64,000 nt of DNA from positions 1,120,001 through 1,184,000 of the forward strand of contig JAXHNL010000002.1 in the NCBI GenBank assembly GCA_034520565.1, written 5' to 3'. The position numbers and the translations under genes were made by a program. This DNA is from Halodesulfurarchaeum sp. GTDB taxonomy: Archaea; Halobacteriota; Halobacteria; Halobacteriales; Halobacteriaceae. Position 1 is the stretch's first letter; the number at the start of each line of letters is the position of its first letter. Shown one piece after another: positions 1-9,970 of the stretch. The notes under the pieces are model-generated. The model saw nothing but the letters and a program-made list of their open reading frames with translations, searched no databases and had not been told where the DNA came from.

Positions 1-1023
1 AGCCTCCTGGGTCGGCATGATGAATGTGCGACCCACGTAGCGGTTCTTCATCAGCCCCTCCGCGAACTCGACGTCCTCGGCGGCCTCCTGGTAGCCCGAC
101 GCGAACGCCCGGCCGGAGTCCGGGACGGGCATCACCACGTCCGTCTCGACGCCGGATTCCTCCCAGAGCTTCCGGCCGAGTTCCCGGCGGGTTTCATAGA
201 CCAACTCGCCGTCGATGACCGAGTCGGGCCGGGCGAAGTACACGTACTCGAAAAAGCAGTTGGCCGTCCGTTCGGGAGTCACCAGCTGATACGCGTCGAA
301 GTCGGTACCGTCCTCGCTGAGGACGACCAGTTCGCCAGGCTTGACGTCCCTGACGATTTCCCCGCCCAGCGTGTCGATGGCCGCGCTCTCGCTCGCGAGC
401 ACGTAGCCCCGGTCGATCTTCCCGATGATGAGCGGTCGGTTGCCCTCGGGATCTCGAATGCCCATGACGGTGTCGTCATGCATGACCGTGAGGGCGTAGG
501 ACCCGTGGAGGCGCTCCATCGTCGCCTTGACCGCCCGGACGAGATCGGATTCCAGGAGGTTCCGGGCCAGTTCGTGGGCGATGACCTCCGTGTCGCCGTC
601 GGAACTGAACGCGTGGCCCTTCTCGGCGAGTTTCGAGCGCAATTCGGCGGTGTTCACGAGGTTTCCGTTGTGACTCAGCGCGAGCGACCCCGCCTCGAAG
701 GAGACCGTAAACGGCTGGGCGTTCGACTCGTCGACGCTGCCGGCGGTGGGATAGCGGACGTGGCCGATCCCGTTGTGGCCGTGCAACTGATCGACGTCGG
801 CCTGGGTGAAGGCCTCGCCCACCAGCCCCATGCCGACGTGTTCGTGCTGCTGGAACCCGTCGTGGGTGACGATCCCGGCCGATTCCTGGCCGCGATGCTG
901 GAGCGCGTAGAGTGCATAGTAGGACGGGAGCGCAGCCTCGCGGTCCTCGAGACTCACCCCGATGACGCCACATTTCTCGGTTGGGCCGCCCAGTTGGGAT
1001 CCGGTGGCCCGGCCGGATGACAT
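1..1023 (-). CDS. purF: amidophosphoribosyltransferase (3' end runs off the window start)
   Basis: Manual translation from ATG at 1023 gives MSSGRATGSQLGGPTEK-CGVIG...LYALQHRGQESAGI...IGHVRYPT...CFFEYVYFARPDS. This is a propeptide, the catalytic Cys and PurF motifs. Absent from the ORF track because there is no stop in the window. Confidence 0.95.
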   Translation of the reverse strand, partial: MSSGRATGSQLGGPTEKCGVIGVSLEDREAALPSYYALYALQHRGQESAGIVTHDGFQQHEHVGMGLVGEAFTQADVDQLHGHNGIGHVRYPTAGSVDESNAQPFTVSFEAGSLALSHNGNLVNTAELRSKLAEKGHAFSSDGDTEVIAHELARNLLESDLVRAVKATMERLHGSYALTVMHDDTVMGIRDPEGNRPLIIGKIDRGYVLASESAAIDTLGGEIVRDVKPGELVVLSEDGTDFDAYQLVTPERTANCFFEYVYFARPDSVIDGELVYETRRELGRKLWEESGVETDVVMPVPDSGRAFASGYQEAAEDVEFAEGLMKNRYVGRTFIMPTQEA

Positions 1024-1199
1024 ACGCCTTGATTACCGGAGGGTCCCTAAAAACGCACCGGGAACGTGCTTGTTTCCGCCGCTTCTCTACGGAATGTATC
1101 CATAAACGTGCACATTGTGTCGGATTCCGGCGGTGTGGCTGTGGCTCGGGGGAACGGAACGTGAGATCGAAAAACGACGCGATTTCGAAACCGAGTCGG

Positions 1200-1373
1200 T
1201 TATTCGCCGGCCTTTTCCTGCCAGGCGTAATCCCGGCGCTTGGCGGACTTTCCGAAGCCACAGCTCGAACAGACGCCCTTTTTCACGTGGTAGGACTTCT
1301 CGCCACATCGTCGACACTTCACGTGGGTTTTGGTGTTCTTTTTGCCCTGGCTCGGCGTTCCGGATCCAGTCAT
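1200..1373 (-). CDS. rpl37e: 50S ribosomal protein L37e
   Basis: Manual translation [57 protein letters not shown], a C2C2 zinc finger; overlaps the lsm stop (ATGA). Confidence 0.96.
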   Translation of the reverse strand: MTGSGTPSQGKKNTKTHVKCRRCGEKSYHVKKGVCSSCGFGKSAKRRDYAWQEKAGE

Positions 1374-1555
1374 ATCTCTATGGAGACGACGTTATCGCCG
1401 CGTATAACGGTTGTGTCTTCCTCCCCGTTCAGGACGAGATTCATGTGCTGATCATAGCCCTCGAGGACGCCGCTCACCGTCTCACCACCCTTCAGCGAGA
1501 CTGTCACCGACTCGTCGAGAGTCGCCTCGAGAACGTCGAGAGGTCGCCCGCTCAT
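1370..1555 (-). CDS. Sm-like (Lsm/SmAP) RNA-binding protein
   Basis: [18 protein letters not shown] and IRGDNV Sm1/Sm2 motifs; classic archaeal lsm-rpl37e pair. Confidence 0.95.
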   Translation of the reverse strand: MSGRPLDVLEATLDESVTVSLKGGETVSGVLEGYDQHMNLVLNGEEDTTVIRGDNVVSIEI

Positions 1556-1635
1556 ACCCTCGCAAACGCCTTCTGGCGCATAAACGCACCGGAACGAACT
1601 GAAACGACACTCTCTCCCGGCAGGCTTCGACTCGG

Positions 1636-2700
1636 CTACAGCGATATTTCGAAGTCTGTCCGTCCCGCCGCCTGCGCCGCCGTTTCCACGGCGACAGCAG
1701 CGGCCACGTCGAGGTCTTCGAGGTCGATTACCTCGACCGGCGTGTGCATGTAGCGGTTCGGGATGCCAAGGTTGAGGCTGGGGGTGCCCCCGCGCTGGGT
1801 GTAAAACGCGTCCGCGTCGGTGCCGGTCCGGCGTCCCGACGCTGCGAGTTGGATGGACAGGTCGGCTGCCTCGGCCGCGTCTCGAACGGCTGTGACGACT
1901 TCCGGGTGGTTCGCCGTGCCTCGACCCACTACCGGACCGTCACCGAGGGCCACGTCGTTCGCCTGCTCCTCCGGATACGCCGGATTATCTGAAGCGTGAG
2001 TCACGTCGACGGCGATCACGGCGTCGGCGTCGATTTCGGTGCCGACCATTTCCGCGCCCTTCAGCCCGACCTCCTCTTGAACCGTCGCGATGGCGTGTAC
2101 CGTGACGTCGATGTCCCGTTCGACCGCCCGGCGCAGGGTTTCTGCGGCGACCCAGGTGCCCGCGCGGTTGTCGATCCCGCGAGCCGTGATTCGACTTCCG
2201 GCGAGGTCCTGCAGCCCGACAGCCGGGATCGCCGGGTCACCGACCTCGACGAGTTTGCTGGCTGCCTCCTCGTCTTCTGCGCCGATGTCCACGTGCTGGG
2301 CGGCGATTTCGGGGGTCTCCTCGTTCACGCCTCGATCCCGCAGGTGGATCGCTGTCTGGGCAATGACGCCGTTGACGGGTCCGTCGGTGGTCTGGATCTC
2401 GATCGGGGTTCCTCGCGAGACGGTCGGGTCCGAACCGCCGACCGGAACGATTCGAAGAAACCCCTCCTCCGTAATCGAGGAGATGGCATACCCGATTTCG
2501 TCGGCGTGGCCCGTTACCGCGATCGAGAGGTCCGAACGCCCCTCGTGTGTGGCGACGGCGTTTCCGTACGCGTCGGTTTCGACCCGGTCAGCGAAGGCGG
2601 AGACTTCCTGGACCCACGCCTGGAGGGCCGGGGTTTCGTACCCGGATGGACTCGGGGTATCGAGCAACGTTTCGAGGAATTGGCGACGGTCGCTGTCCAT
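1636..2700 (-). CDS. M42 family (TET-like) aminopeptidase
   Basis: PSPSGYE, GHADEIG, DNRAG, QEEVG and YMHTP metal-ligand motifs. Confidence 0.9.
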   Translation of the reverse strand: MDSDRRQFLETLLDTPSPSGYETPALQAWVQEVSAFADRVETDAYGNAVATHEGRSDLSIAVTGHADEIGYAISSITEEGFLRIVPVGGSDPTVSRGTPIEIQTTDGPVNGVIAQTAIHLRDRGVNEETPEIAAQHVDIGAEDEEAASKLVEVGDPAIPAVGLQDLAGSRITARGIDNRAGTWVAAETLRRAVERDIDVTVHAIATVQEEVGLKGAEMVGTEIDADAVIAVDVTHASDNPAYPEEQANDVALGDGPVVGRGTANHPEVVTAVRDAAEAADLSIQLAASGRRTGTDADAFYTQRGGTPSLNLGIPNRYMHTPVEVIDLEDLDVAAAVAVETAAQAAGRTDFEISL

Positions 2701-2795
2701 ACCTCGAATCGATTCCGGAGGGATTTCAAACGCCCGGTCACCCTCGATCCCGGCCGGGAGGAAAGGCTATCCTCCCACGGCGCCGAGACGAACGT

Positions 2796-3041
2796 ATGGG
2801 ACTCATCGAATTCCACGTGGATCGAATCGAGGTCCGGACCGTTCCGAAATTCGTCCTCTTCGGCGGCAGAGACGGGCCAGATCGGGACGAATCGACCGGC
2901 TCGGACGCCGCCGGGGGAGGGCGAAACCTCCCGGTAACACCTGCCCAGATCGTCGCAGTTTCGGTCGGCGCAACGCTGCTCGCCTTCGCGCTCGCCCGGC
3001 TCAAGGGTCTCGTCGACGAGAAACTCTCCCTGCACTGTTGA
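2796..3041 (+). CDS. small single-TM hypothetical protein
   Basis: ATG at 2796 (MGLIEFHVDRIEV...), acidic linker, hydrophobic C-terminal helix IVAVSVGATLLAFALA; fills the gap between genes. Confidence 0.65.
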   Translation: MGLIEFHVDRIEVRTVPKFVLFGGRDGPDRDESTGSDAAGGGRNLPVTPAQIVAVSVGATLLAFALARLKGLVDEKLSLHC

Positions 3042-3045
3042 GTGC

Positions 3046-3651
3046 CTACTCGGCGCGTAGCACGACCGAAACGTATCGATCGAGTTCCTCGCGAATCGGT
3101 GGGGACAGGTCCGACTCCGTCGTCGCCAGTTGGCTCATGCCACCCGAGAGCGCCGCGACGAGGAACGCGGCTACCTGCTCGACATCGACGTCACGGAAGA
3201 CCCCCTGCCCGATGCCCGTCTCGATGGTCTCGACGACAGTCTCTCGAAGGACCCGGTCGTGATCCGTGAAGTGTTTCCTGAACCGTTCGTCGTGGGCGGC
3301 CTGGGCGCGGAGCTCCGTCATTGCCCGCGTGAACTTGAGCCCCTCGTCCCAGGTTTCGGGCTCGAGGGACCCTTCGATGATCTTCTCGAGGCGTTTTTCC
3401 GGCGGTTCTTTACCGTCTTCGGGAATCGACCGCTGGAACTCCTCGAGCATGAAGCCGAGGAAATCGAGCAGTAACTCGTCTTTGCTGTCGTAGTGGTGAT
3501 AGAGCAGGGACTTGCTCTTCTCGAAGTCCTCGGCGATCCGTGCGATGGTTAGCCCCGCATAGCCGTGCTCGCAGAGCGCGAAATACGTGGCCTGCATGAT
3601 GGACTCCCGGGTGTCCGCGGGCTCCGCGAGGAACGAGAACGTATCGGTCAT
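3046..3651 (-). CDS. TetR/AcrR family transcriptional regulator
   Basis: IMQATYFALCEHGYAGLTIARIAEDFEKSKSLLYHHYDSKDEL is a TetR HTH; start re-called at the ATG at 3651. Confidence 0.92.
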   Translation of the reverse strand: MTDTFSFLAEPADTRESIMQATYFALCEHGYAGLTIARIAEDFEKSKSLLYHHYDSKDELLLDFLGFMLEEFQRSIPEDGKEPPEKRLEKIIEGSLEPETWDEGLKFTRAMTELRAQAAHDERFRKHFTDHDRVLRETVVETIETGIGQGVFRDVDVEQVAAFLVAALSGGMSQLATTESDLSPPIREELDRYVSVVLRAE

Positions 3652-3760
3652 TGATACCAGACTAGTCCGTGGCTGCGTATAGTGGTATTGATTGACGGGA
3701 CCGACCGAGTGGACGGCTGGTGGCCGGAAGGACTTCCTTGCTTGCCCCAGTAACGATCCC

Positions 3761-4717
3761 ATGGACCCACTGGGTGGCGCCCGGGCGGTCGCCGGCGCGG
3801 ATGGGACAGGCGGCGTCGATTGGCCTGCCGCCCGGAAGGCTGCCCGGTCGCTGACCCGACCGGGTGACCTCGACCTCGACACGGCTGCCAGAGAGGCCTA
3901 CGCCGCCGACATCCGCGACGCCCGGACCGAAATCCAGGCCGAAGCGGGCGTCGAGTTCGACCTGCCGCCGACTGTCGAGGTGCAAAACCGCCGCCACTGG
4001 ACCGACGCGACGCTTTCCACGCTCGAATCTGCATTCGAACCGTTCGCGAACGAAGCCGGTCGATTTCCCGCACTCACGGTACCGCTCAACACCGCCTCGA
4101 TCGCCGGGTCGGTGGCGTATCTCTCGCGACGGGTGATGGGCCAGTACGATCCACGGTTGTTCGACGAAAACCGCTCTCACGGCCTTTATATCGTCCACCC
4201 AAACGTCGTCTCTGGCGCAACCGAACTCGGGGTTGACCCCGGTCGCTTTCGCCGCTGGATCGCGTTTCACGAGGTCGCCCACGCGGCGGAATTCGGGATG
4301 GCCCCCTGGTTGCGGGACTATCTCGCAGAACGGGTACTGGCCGTCATTTCCACCCTCTCGACGGGGTCGATTCCCCGGCGGGAATACGGGGAACTGAACC
4401 GGGCGATGACCGCGGTCGAGGGGTATGCCGAACTCCTCATGGACGCGGCCTTCGACGACGAAACGGCCGATCTCCGCCGGAAACTCGACGAGCGCCGATC
4501 GGGCGGCGGCCCCCTCTCGAAGCTCATCGCCCGGGTGCTCGGGCTCGATATCAAACGCGCCCAGTACGAGCGCGGGAGCGCGTTTTTTGAGGCTATCGTC
4601 GCAGAACGGGGCTTGCAGGCCGCTGGCCATGTTTGGACCGATCCGACACGGCTGCCCAGAGAGGCCGAACTCGAATCGCCCGAGCGATGGCTCGAGCGGG
4701 TCCCGCCAGGGGCCTGA
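3761..4717 (+). CDS. zincin-like zinc-dependent metalloprotease (DUF2342-like)
   Basis: V(L/M)GQYDP, HEVAH (HExxH), MTAVEGYAE and QYERG motifs. Confidence 0.85.
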   Translation: MDPLGGARAVAGADGTGGVDWPAARKAARSLTRPGDLDLDTAAREAYAADIRDARTEIQAEAGVEFDLPPTVEVQNRRHWTDATLSTLESAFEPFANEAGRFPALTVPLNTASIAGSVAYLSRRVMGQYDPRLFDENRSHGLYIVHPNVVSGATELGVDPGRFRRWIAFHEVAHAAEFGMAPWLRDYLAERVLAVISTLSTGSIPRREYGELNRAMTAVEGYAELLMDAAFDDETADLRRKLDERRSGGGPLSKLIARVLGLDIKRAQYERGSAFFEAIVAERGLQAAGHVWTDPTRLPREAELESPERWLERVPPGA

Positions 4718-4799
4718 CCGGGGAACGGGGTTTGCCAGACAGGGGCCTGACCGGGGAACGGGGTTTGCCAGACAGGGGCCTGACCGGGGAACGGGGTTT
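4707..4799 (+). repeat. tandem repeat, 33-bp unit x ~2.8
   Basis: CAGGGGCCTGACCGGGGAACGGGGTTTGCCAGA starts at 4707 and 4740, with a truncated third copy at 4773; the first copy contains the zincin stop codon. Confidence 0.95.
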
Positions 4800-4868
4800 C
4801 TCCGAGACCGGGGCCAACCGTTTTTCCGGAGCGACATCGTTTTCGGCCCGGATCCCATCCTCCCGGTC

Positions 4869-7487
4869 GTGAACCGTCGGGGCGCGGTCCGGAACGTCGG
4901 CGAGATCCGAACCGAATCCACCGGATCCGGTGACCGGGACGTGGCGACGATCCAGTTGCAGGTGGACGACGGTCCGGTTTCGCTCTCCCTGTGGGACGAC
5001 TGGGCCGAAACGGCCCGGATTCTCGAACCCGGGATGGAACTGTTCGCATCCGATCTCGATTCCGGGTCGAACGGGTTGGCGACAACCGCCGACTCGAAGG
5101 TCGTCGTGGAACCCGACTTCCTCGTCGACGTCACGGACATCCGGTCCTGGGTGCAGTGTCCCCGCCTCTATTATCTCAACAAGATCGGCGGGCTTCCGCT
5201 CGAGTATCCGGTCACGAAAGGGACGATCGTCCACGAGGTCTTCGGGGACCTCCTGCGGGGCGTCGATCTCGATTCGGCCGTCGAGAAGCGCGTCTCCGGG
5301 GCTGCCCTGGAATTGGGACTCCTCGGCCGCGATCGTGAGTCGGTCACCGCGGAGGTCAAGACGAATGCGCGAGCGATCGAAGCCTGGCTCGAACAGGGAC
5401 GGCTCGCGGCGGACGACTGGCGATCCGAGGTCACGTTGCTCAGTGACACCTACGGGATCAAGGGCCGCTGTGACGCGATCCGCCGGGGCACCCCGGTCGA
5501 ACTCAAGACCGGGAAGAATACGAGCCGGAGCCCTCGCTTTCAGGACAAGATCCAGGCCGCTGCGTACGCCCTCCTGCTCGAAGAGCAAGGAGTCGAGGTA
5601 GACACGGGAACGCTGCTCTACACGAAAAACGCCGCCCTCGAAGAGGAAGCGGGGGATCTCTCGCCGGCCAAGGACTTCTCGATCGGCGACGGGCTCACGG
5701 ACTTCGTGCTCGGAAGCCGGAACGAGATCGCCGCCATGGAGTTCGACTCCTCGGTCCCGACGGGCTTCGAGGGCGACGCAACTTGCCAGTACTGCTTCGA
5801 GCAGGACACCTGCCTCGTCGTCTCCGGTCGGCTCGACCAGCGTTCCAAGGCCGGGTCGATCGGTGACCCGCTTCCGGACACGGACCGAGCGTACTTCGAG
5901 GACCAGTACCTCGCCATCGAAACCGAGCGGCGGGCCATTCACCGCGAATACGCCAAACTCTGGGAGCAGACCCCGGAAGAACGTGCCGCGGCGGATCGGG
6001 CACTTGTCGATCTCGAACCGACCGGACGTGAGCACCTTTCGAGTGGCCGCTGGCAACTCGGTGCGAAGCGACCGGCCGACGCCGTCTCGAAGATCCGGGA
6101 GGGGGCACGCGTGCTGGCGAGCGATGGCGACCCGATCGACGGCCACTCGGAACTCGCCGTCGTGGAGTCACTGGGTCCGGAGGTCGTCGTATCGGTCGAC
6201 GAACCTCTCGAACTCCGACGGCTCGATATCTACCCCTCGGAGTTCTCCGTCGACCGGATGTTAACTGCCCTCCACGATGGTCTCCTCAAGGGACCGAGTC
6301 GCCGCCGGGACCTCCTGTTCGGACGCGATGAACCCGCGTTCGACGAACCGGATCGCGATATCATTCCCAACAACCCGGCCCAGAACCGCGCGATCAACCG
6401 GGCGCTCGGTGCCGAGGACCTCGCGCTCATCCACGGGCCACCTGGCACCGGGAAGACCTACACCATCGCCACCCTCCTCACGGAACTGGTCGAACGCGGG
6501 AACCGTGTTCTGCTCGCGGGGTTCACCAACCGGGCGGTCGACAACGCGCTCGAAGCGCTACTCGATCAGGGGTTCTCGGACGTCGTTCGGATGGGGACCC
6601 CTACGGGGGTGCGCGAAGACATGGCCCATCTCCGACTCGAGACCGACGGTGACCCACGGGACCGCGCTGCAGCACTCGAATCGGCGCCGGTCGTGGCCGC
6701 CACCACGTCGACCTGTGGGTCACGGGTGATGCGCTCCCAGTCGTTCGACGTGGTGGTCGTCGACGAGGCCAGCCAGCTGACAGAGCCGGACACCCTGGCC
6801 GCGATCAACCGGGGCGATCGCTTCGTGCTCGTGGGCGATCACCGCCAACTTCCGCCGGTCGTTCAGTCAGCGGCCGATCTCGAAACGTCGCTGTTCGAGC
6901 GGCTCATCGACCGGTATCCGGATGCGGCGGTGATGCTCGATCGACAGTATCGAATGAGCCAGCGCATTCAGGCGTTTACCTCCCGCGAGTTCTACGACGG
7001 CGAACTTCGGCCGGCGACGGCCGCGGTTGCCGGGCAATCGATCACTGATCTCGGACTCGATCCCAGTCGAACCGACGTGTACGATGGCGTCTCGTTCGTC
7101 CCGGTCGAGGGTACCGACTCGGCTCACACTGACGAACGGGAGGCCCAACGCGTCGCGGAGATTGTCGACGGATACCTCAAAGCGGGGGCAGACCCGACGG
7201 ACCTGGGGGTGATCGCCCCGTTCCGGGCCCAGGTATCGACAATTGCACCGCTCGTTCCCGAAGGGGTTACCGTCGACACCGTCGACCGGTTCCAGGGCTC
7301 GAGCACGGAGATATTGCTGGTTTCGTTCGTCGCTTCCGGGAGCCTGGACGGTCCGCTCTTCGAGGACGAACGACGGATGAACGTCGCGCTGACGCGGGCG
7401 AAGAAGGCCCTCGTCCTCGTGGGCGACCCGACTGCGCTCACGAGTCGGGACCGGTACGCCCGGATGCTGGAGTGGGCTCAACGGTGA
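4869..7487 (+). CDS. Dna2-like protein: OB fold + Fe-S PD-(D/E)XK nuclease + SF1 (UPF1-like) helicase
   Basis: WVQCPR and CQYC-x5-C Fe-S cysteines; GTIVHE, GRCDAI and ELKTG nuclease motifs; GPPGTGKT, DEASQ, GDHRQLPP, QYRM, TVDRFQG and RRMNVALTRAK helicase motifs. Start re-called at GTG 4869, downstream of the repeat. Confidence 0.9.
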   Translation: MNRRGAVRNVGEIRTESTGSGDRDVATIQLQVDDGPVSLSLWDDWAETARILEPGMELFASDLDSGSNGLATTADSKVVVEPDFLVDVTDIRSWVQCPRLYYLNKIGGLPLEYPVTKGTIVHEVFGDLLRGVDLDSAVEKRVSGAALELGLLGRDRESVTAEVKTNARAIEAWLEQGRLAADDWRSEVTLLSDTYGIKGRCDAIRRGTPVELKTGKNTSRSPRFQDKIQAAAYALLLEEQGVEVDTGTLLYTKNAALEEEAGDLSPAKDFSIGDGLTDFVLGSRNEIAAMEFDSSVPTGFEGDATCQYCFEQDTCLVVSGRLDQRSKAGSIGDPLPDTDRAYFEDQYLAIETERRAIHREYAKLWEQTPEERAAADRALVDLEPTGREHLSSGRWQLGAKRPADAVSKIREGARVLASDGDPIDGHSELAVVESLGPEVVVSVDEPLELRRLDIYPSEFSVDRMLTALHDGLLKGPSRRRDLLFGRDEPAFDEPDRDIIPNNPAQNRAINRALGAEDLALIHGPPGTGKTYTIATLLTELVERGNRVLLAGFTNRAVDNALEALLDQGFSDVVRMGTPTGVREDMAHLRLETDGDPRDRAAALESAPVVAATTSTCGSRVMRSQSFDVVVVDEASQLTEPDTLAAINRGDRFVLVGDHRQLPPVVQSAADLETSLFERLIDRYPDAAVMLDRQYRMSQRIQAFTSREFYDGELRPATAAVAGQSITDLGLDPSRTDVYDGVSFVPVEGTDSAHTDEREAQRVAEIVDGYLKAGADPTDLGVIAPFRAQVSTIAPLVPEGVTVDTVDRFQGSSTEILLVSFVASGSLDGPLFEDERRMNVALTRAKKALVLVGDPTALTSRDRYARMLEWAQR

Positions 7488-7951
7488 GTCGATGGAAGGG
7501 GATCGAATTCCAGCCCGCGAGATACCAGCCAAACAGGAGCGGCGCCACGAGAAGCGTGAGCGGGACGGCGATCCAGACCTGGCCGGCGAGGACGTTGTAC
7601 TGCCCGAGGGTTACTGACACCGGCGTCCCCTCGGCCCAACCGACGAGGAACTCGAAGCCCACCGTCATGCCGACCCAGGCCGCACCGATGACCAGCAGTT
7701 GGATCTGGCCGTACTCGACCGGAACCGTCCGGAAAAACAGGGCGGAAACGACGAGAATCGCGAACACGAGGAGTCCCGTGCTGAGCGCGTGACCTGGGTA
7801 GGACCCGATGCGGGGAATGAGCACGACTTCCCTGGAACCCGCCATTGAGCACCGCCAGTACCGCCATGAGAAGCCAGGCTCCGAGGGGATAGAGGAGTGC
7901 CGCAAGCCCGCTCGATTGTGCGCCGATCGTCGAAGACATCGTCTGAACCAT
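7438..7951 (-). CDS. multi-pass membrane hypothetical protein (frameshift near 7832)
   Basis: The N-terminal half (LYPLGAWLLMAVLAVLNGGF) and C-terminal half (REVVLIPRIG...FEFLVG) lie in different frames and join into a plausible 4-TM protein. Confidence 0.65.
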
Positions 7952-8048
7952 TTCGGAATCGTGGCCGCCAGATCGCTTAAGGACATCTACATGTTCGCAA
8001 CGGGTCTGTTCTGCCGACGAATCGAGCTGCTACCGCCGACGCCGTCGA

Positions 8049-8461
8049 TCACGGAGTCGTCGAACCGGAGTGACTGGTCAATTCTGGTCGACTGCGGACG
8101 AAACCGAGGACCCCGCCCACCAGTCCGAGGATGGCGGAAAGCCCGAGTGTAACGACGGCGCCAGCGTCGAGGATCATGAGGCCGACTCCGAACGAAAGGA
8201 GGAAGGCAAGACTGAACCCGGCGGCACCCGTCGCGATTCGTCGTCGAAGTGATTCCTGAGACACCAGTCCGGCCGCCACGAACGCTGAAAGGATGACTCC
8301 CAAAAGCAATCCGGCGGGGATGCCGCGAGAAGAGCGAAAGAGCTTCGGATTCGGGGCTCGAGGATCGCGCTCACTGCGCCACCGACCAACACTGCCGTCG
8401 CGAAAAACGTGCCCGGAACGAGGACGAGCAGCCGCCAGTTCACGTGCCCTGTTCCAGTCAT
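8049..8461 (-). CDS. membrane hypothetical protein (frameshift near 8320)
   Basis: Two hydrophobic ORF fragments (8174-8461 and 8049-8309) that join into one membrane protein. Confidence 0.5.
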
Positions 8462-8470
8462 CGGTGGGAC

Positions 8471-8800
8471 TTACTCCTGGGTGAGATCTTCGACGGGTCG
8501 CTCCTCGATCATCGGCTCGTCCGTCGACTCCGCCGCCGTGTCGGTTTCGGGTTTAGCCCCGATCCGGAACCGGCGCCAGGCGATTACACCGGCTACCAGC
8601 CCAGTCGCGACGCCCGCGATGCCGACGACCAGACGGGTGCTCGGGCGTCGACTGGACGAGGACGGTTCGCTCACGGGACTGTGTTCGTCGTGCTCCGATC
8701 CGCCCAGATCCATGTCGGGTGGTGTGTCAGCACCGATGCTGGCCGGGCCGATCTGTGCGCCGTCGAAGTGCGGTTCGAAAAGGGTGATTTTTGAAACCAT
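8471..8800 (-). CDS. small single-TM hypothetical protein
   Basis: MVSKITLFEPHFDGAQIG..., acidic linker, TM segment LVVGIAGVATGLVAGVIAW followed by RRFR and an acidic tail. Confidence 0.75.
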   Translation of the reverse strand: MVSKITLFEPHFDGAQIGPASIGADTPPDMDLGGSEHDEHSPVSEPSSSSRRPSTRLVVGIAGVATGLVAGVIAWRRFRIGAKPETDTAAESTDEPMIEERPVEDLTQE

Positions 8801-8947
8801 ACTCGAAATAGGCGAGCAACGATTATGGGGTAGAGTATGGTTCTCGCCGGCTGAGAACGACAACGCTGGTGGGTCGGTCTCACAGCCGCAGGCGTGACCT
8901 GTCAATCGGCGACACCGACATAACCCGTCGGGTCCAACCTCCGGGTT

Positions 8948-9970
8948 ATGAGTTCTGAACCCGCCCACCGATCGGACTTCTCCCAGCGATCTCCCGCCGA
9001 TTCGGCCAGGGAGTCCCCACCGGGGACTGACGTCGCCATCCAGACGAGTGGGCTGACGAAACGCTACGGCGACGCCGTCCTCGCCGTCGACGACCTCGAC
9101 CTCACGGTCTACGCGGGCGAAATTTTCGGCTTCCTCGGCCCGAACGGGGCGGGAAAGTCGACGACGATCGACGTGCTCATGGATTATAGCCGGCCGACGG
9201 CCGGCACCGCGACGGTACTCGGGATGGATAGCCAGCGGGAGACCCGAGACATCCACCGCCGCGTCGGCATTCTTCCTGACGGATACGGCCTCTACGACCG
9301 GCTTACCGGCCGGGAGCACCTCGAATATGCGATCGACCTCAAGGGCGCCGACGACGATCTCGACGACCTGCTCGACCGGGTCGGACTCGCTCCGGAGGCC
9401 GCCGCCCGGAAGACGGGTGGCTATTCGAAAGGGATGGGGCAGCGACTGGCCCTCGCGATCGCGCTCGTCGGGGATCCCGACCTGTTGATTCTCGACGAAC
9501 CGTCCTCGGGGCTGGATCCGAACGGGGTGCGGCTGGTCCGGGAGATCGCTCGCGACCACGCCGATCGGGGGAAGACGGTCTTCGGCTCGCGTCGATCAGG
9601 CCAGGTCGAGGCGGTCTGTGATCGGGTCGCGATCCTCGATTCGGGTCAGCCGAGCTCGCCGTGGAGTCCATCGACGGCCTCCGGGAACTCGCTTGGGACT
9701 GGTTCGACGATGACGCTCACTGTCGAGGAGGTGCCGGCCGACCTGTCCTTGGATGCGCTGGCGGGGGTCAGCACCGTGAGCGTCGACGGCCGTCAGATAC
9801 GTGTCACAGTCGACGAACCGGAGGCGAAGATCGCCGTCATCGACCGGGTCCGGGAGGCAGGGGCGACGCTCCTCGACATCTCGACCGACGAAGCGTCTCT
9901 GGAGGATCTGTTCGCCGCTTCGACCGGTGCTGGACGGTCTCGAACCGGGGAGACGGAGGGCGGGCGATGA
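8948..9970 (+). CDS. ABC-2 type exporter ATP-binding protein (corrupted at ~9580-9690)
   Basis: GPNGAGKST Walker A, YSKGM signature and LILDEP Walker B; the H-loop region is garbled by compensating indels. Confidence 0.88.
   Translation: MSSEPAHRSDFSQRSPADSARESPPGTDVAIQTSGLTKRYGDAVLAVDDLDLTVYAGEIFGFLGPNGAGKSTTIDVLMDYSRPTAGTATVLGMDSQRETRDIHRRVGILPDGYGLYDRLTGREHLEYAIDLKGADDDLDDLLDRVGLAPEAAARKTGGYSKGMGQRLALAIALVGDPDLLILDEPSSGLDPNGVRLVREIARDHADRGKTVFGSRRSGQVEAVCDRVAILDSGQPSSPWSPSTASGNSLGTGSTMTLTVEEVPADLSLDALAGVSTVSVDGRQIRVTVDEPEAKIAVIDRVREAGATLLDISTDEASLEDLFAASTGAGRSRTGETEGGR

Noticed and set aside
4707-4799. CRISPR array next to a Cas4-like nuclease
   Set aside because: The units are head-to-tail with no spacers, the nuclease is part of a Dna2-type fusion, and no cas genes are present.
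4425-4868. N-terminal extension of the 1020-aa ORF
   Set aside because: It overlaps the zincin gene and translates the tandem repeat as low-complexity sequence; GTG 4869 is a more credible start.
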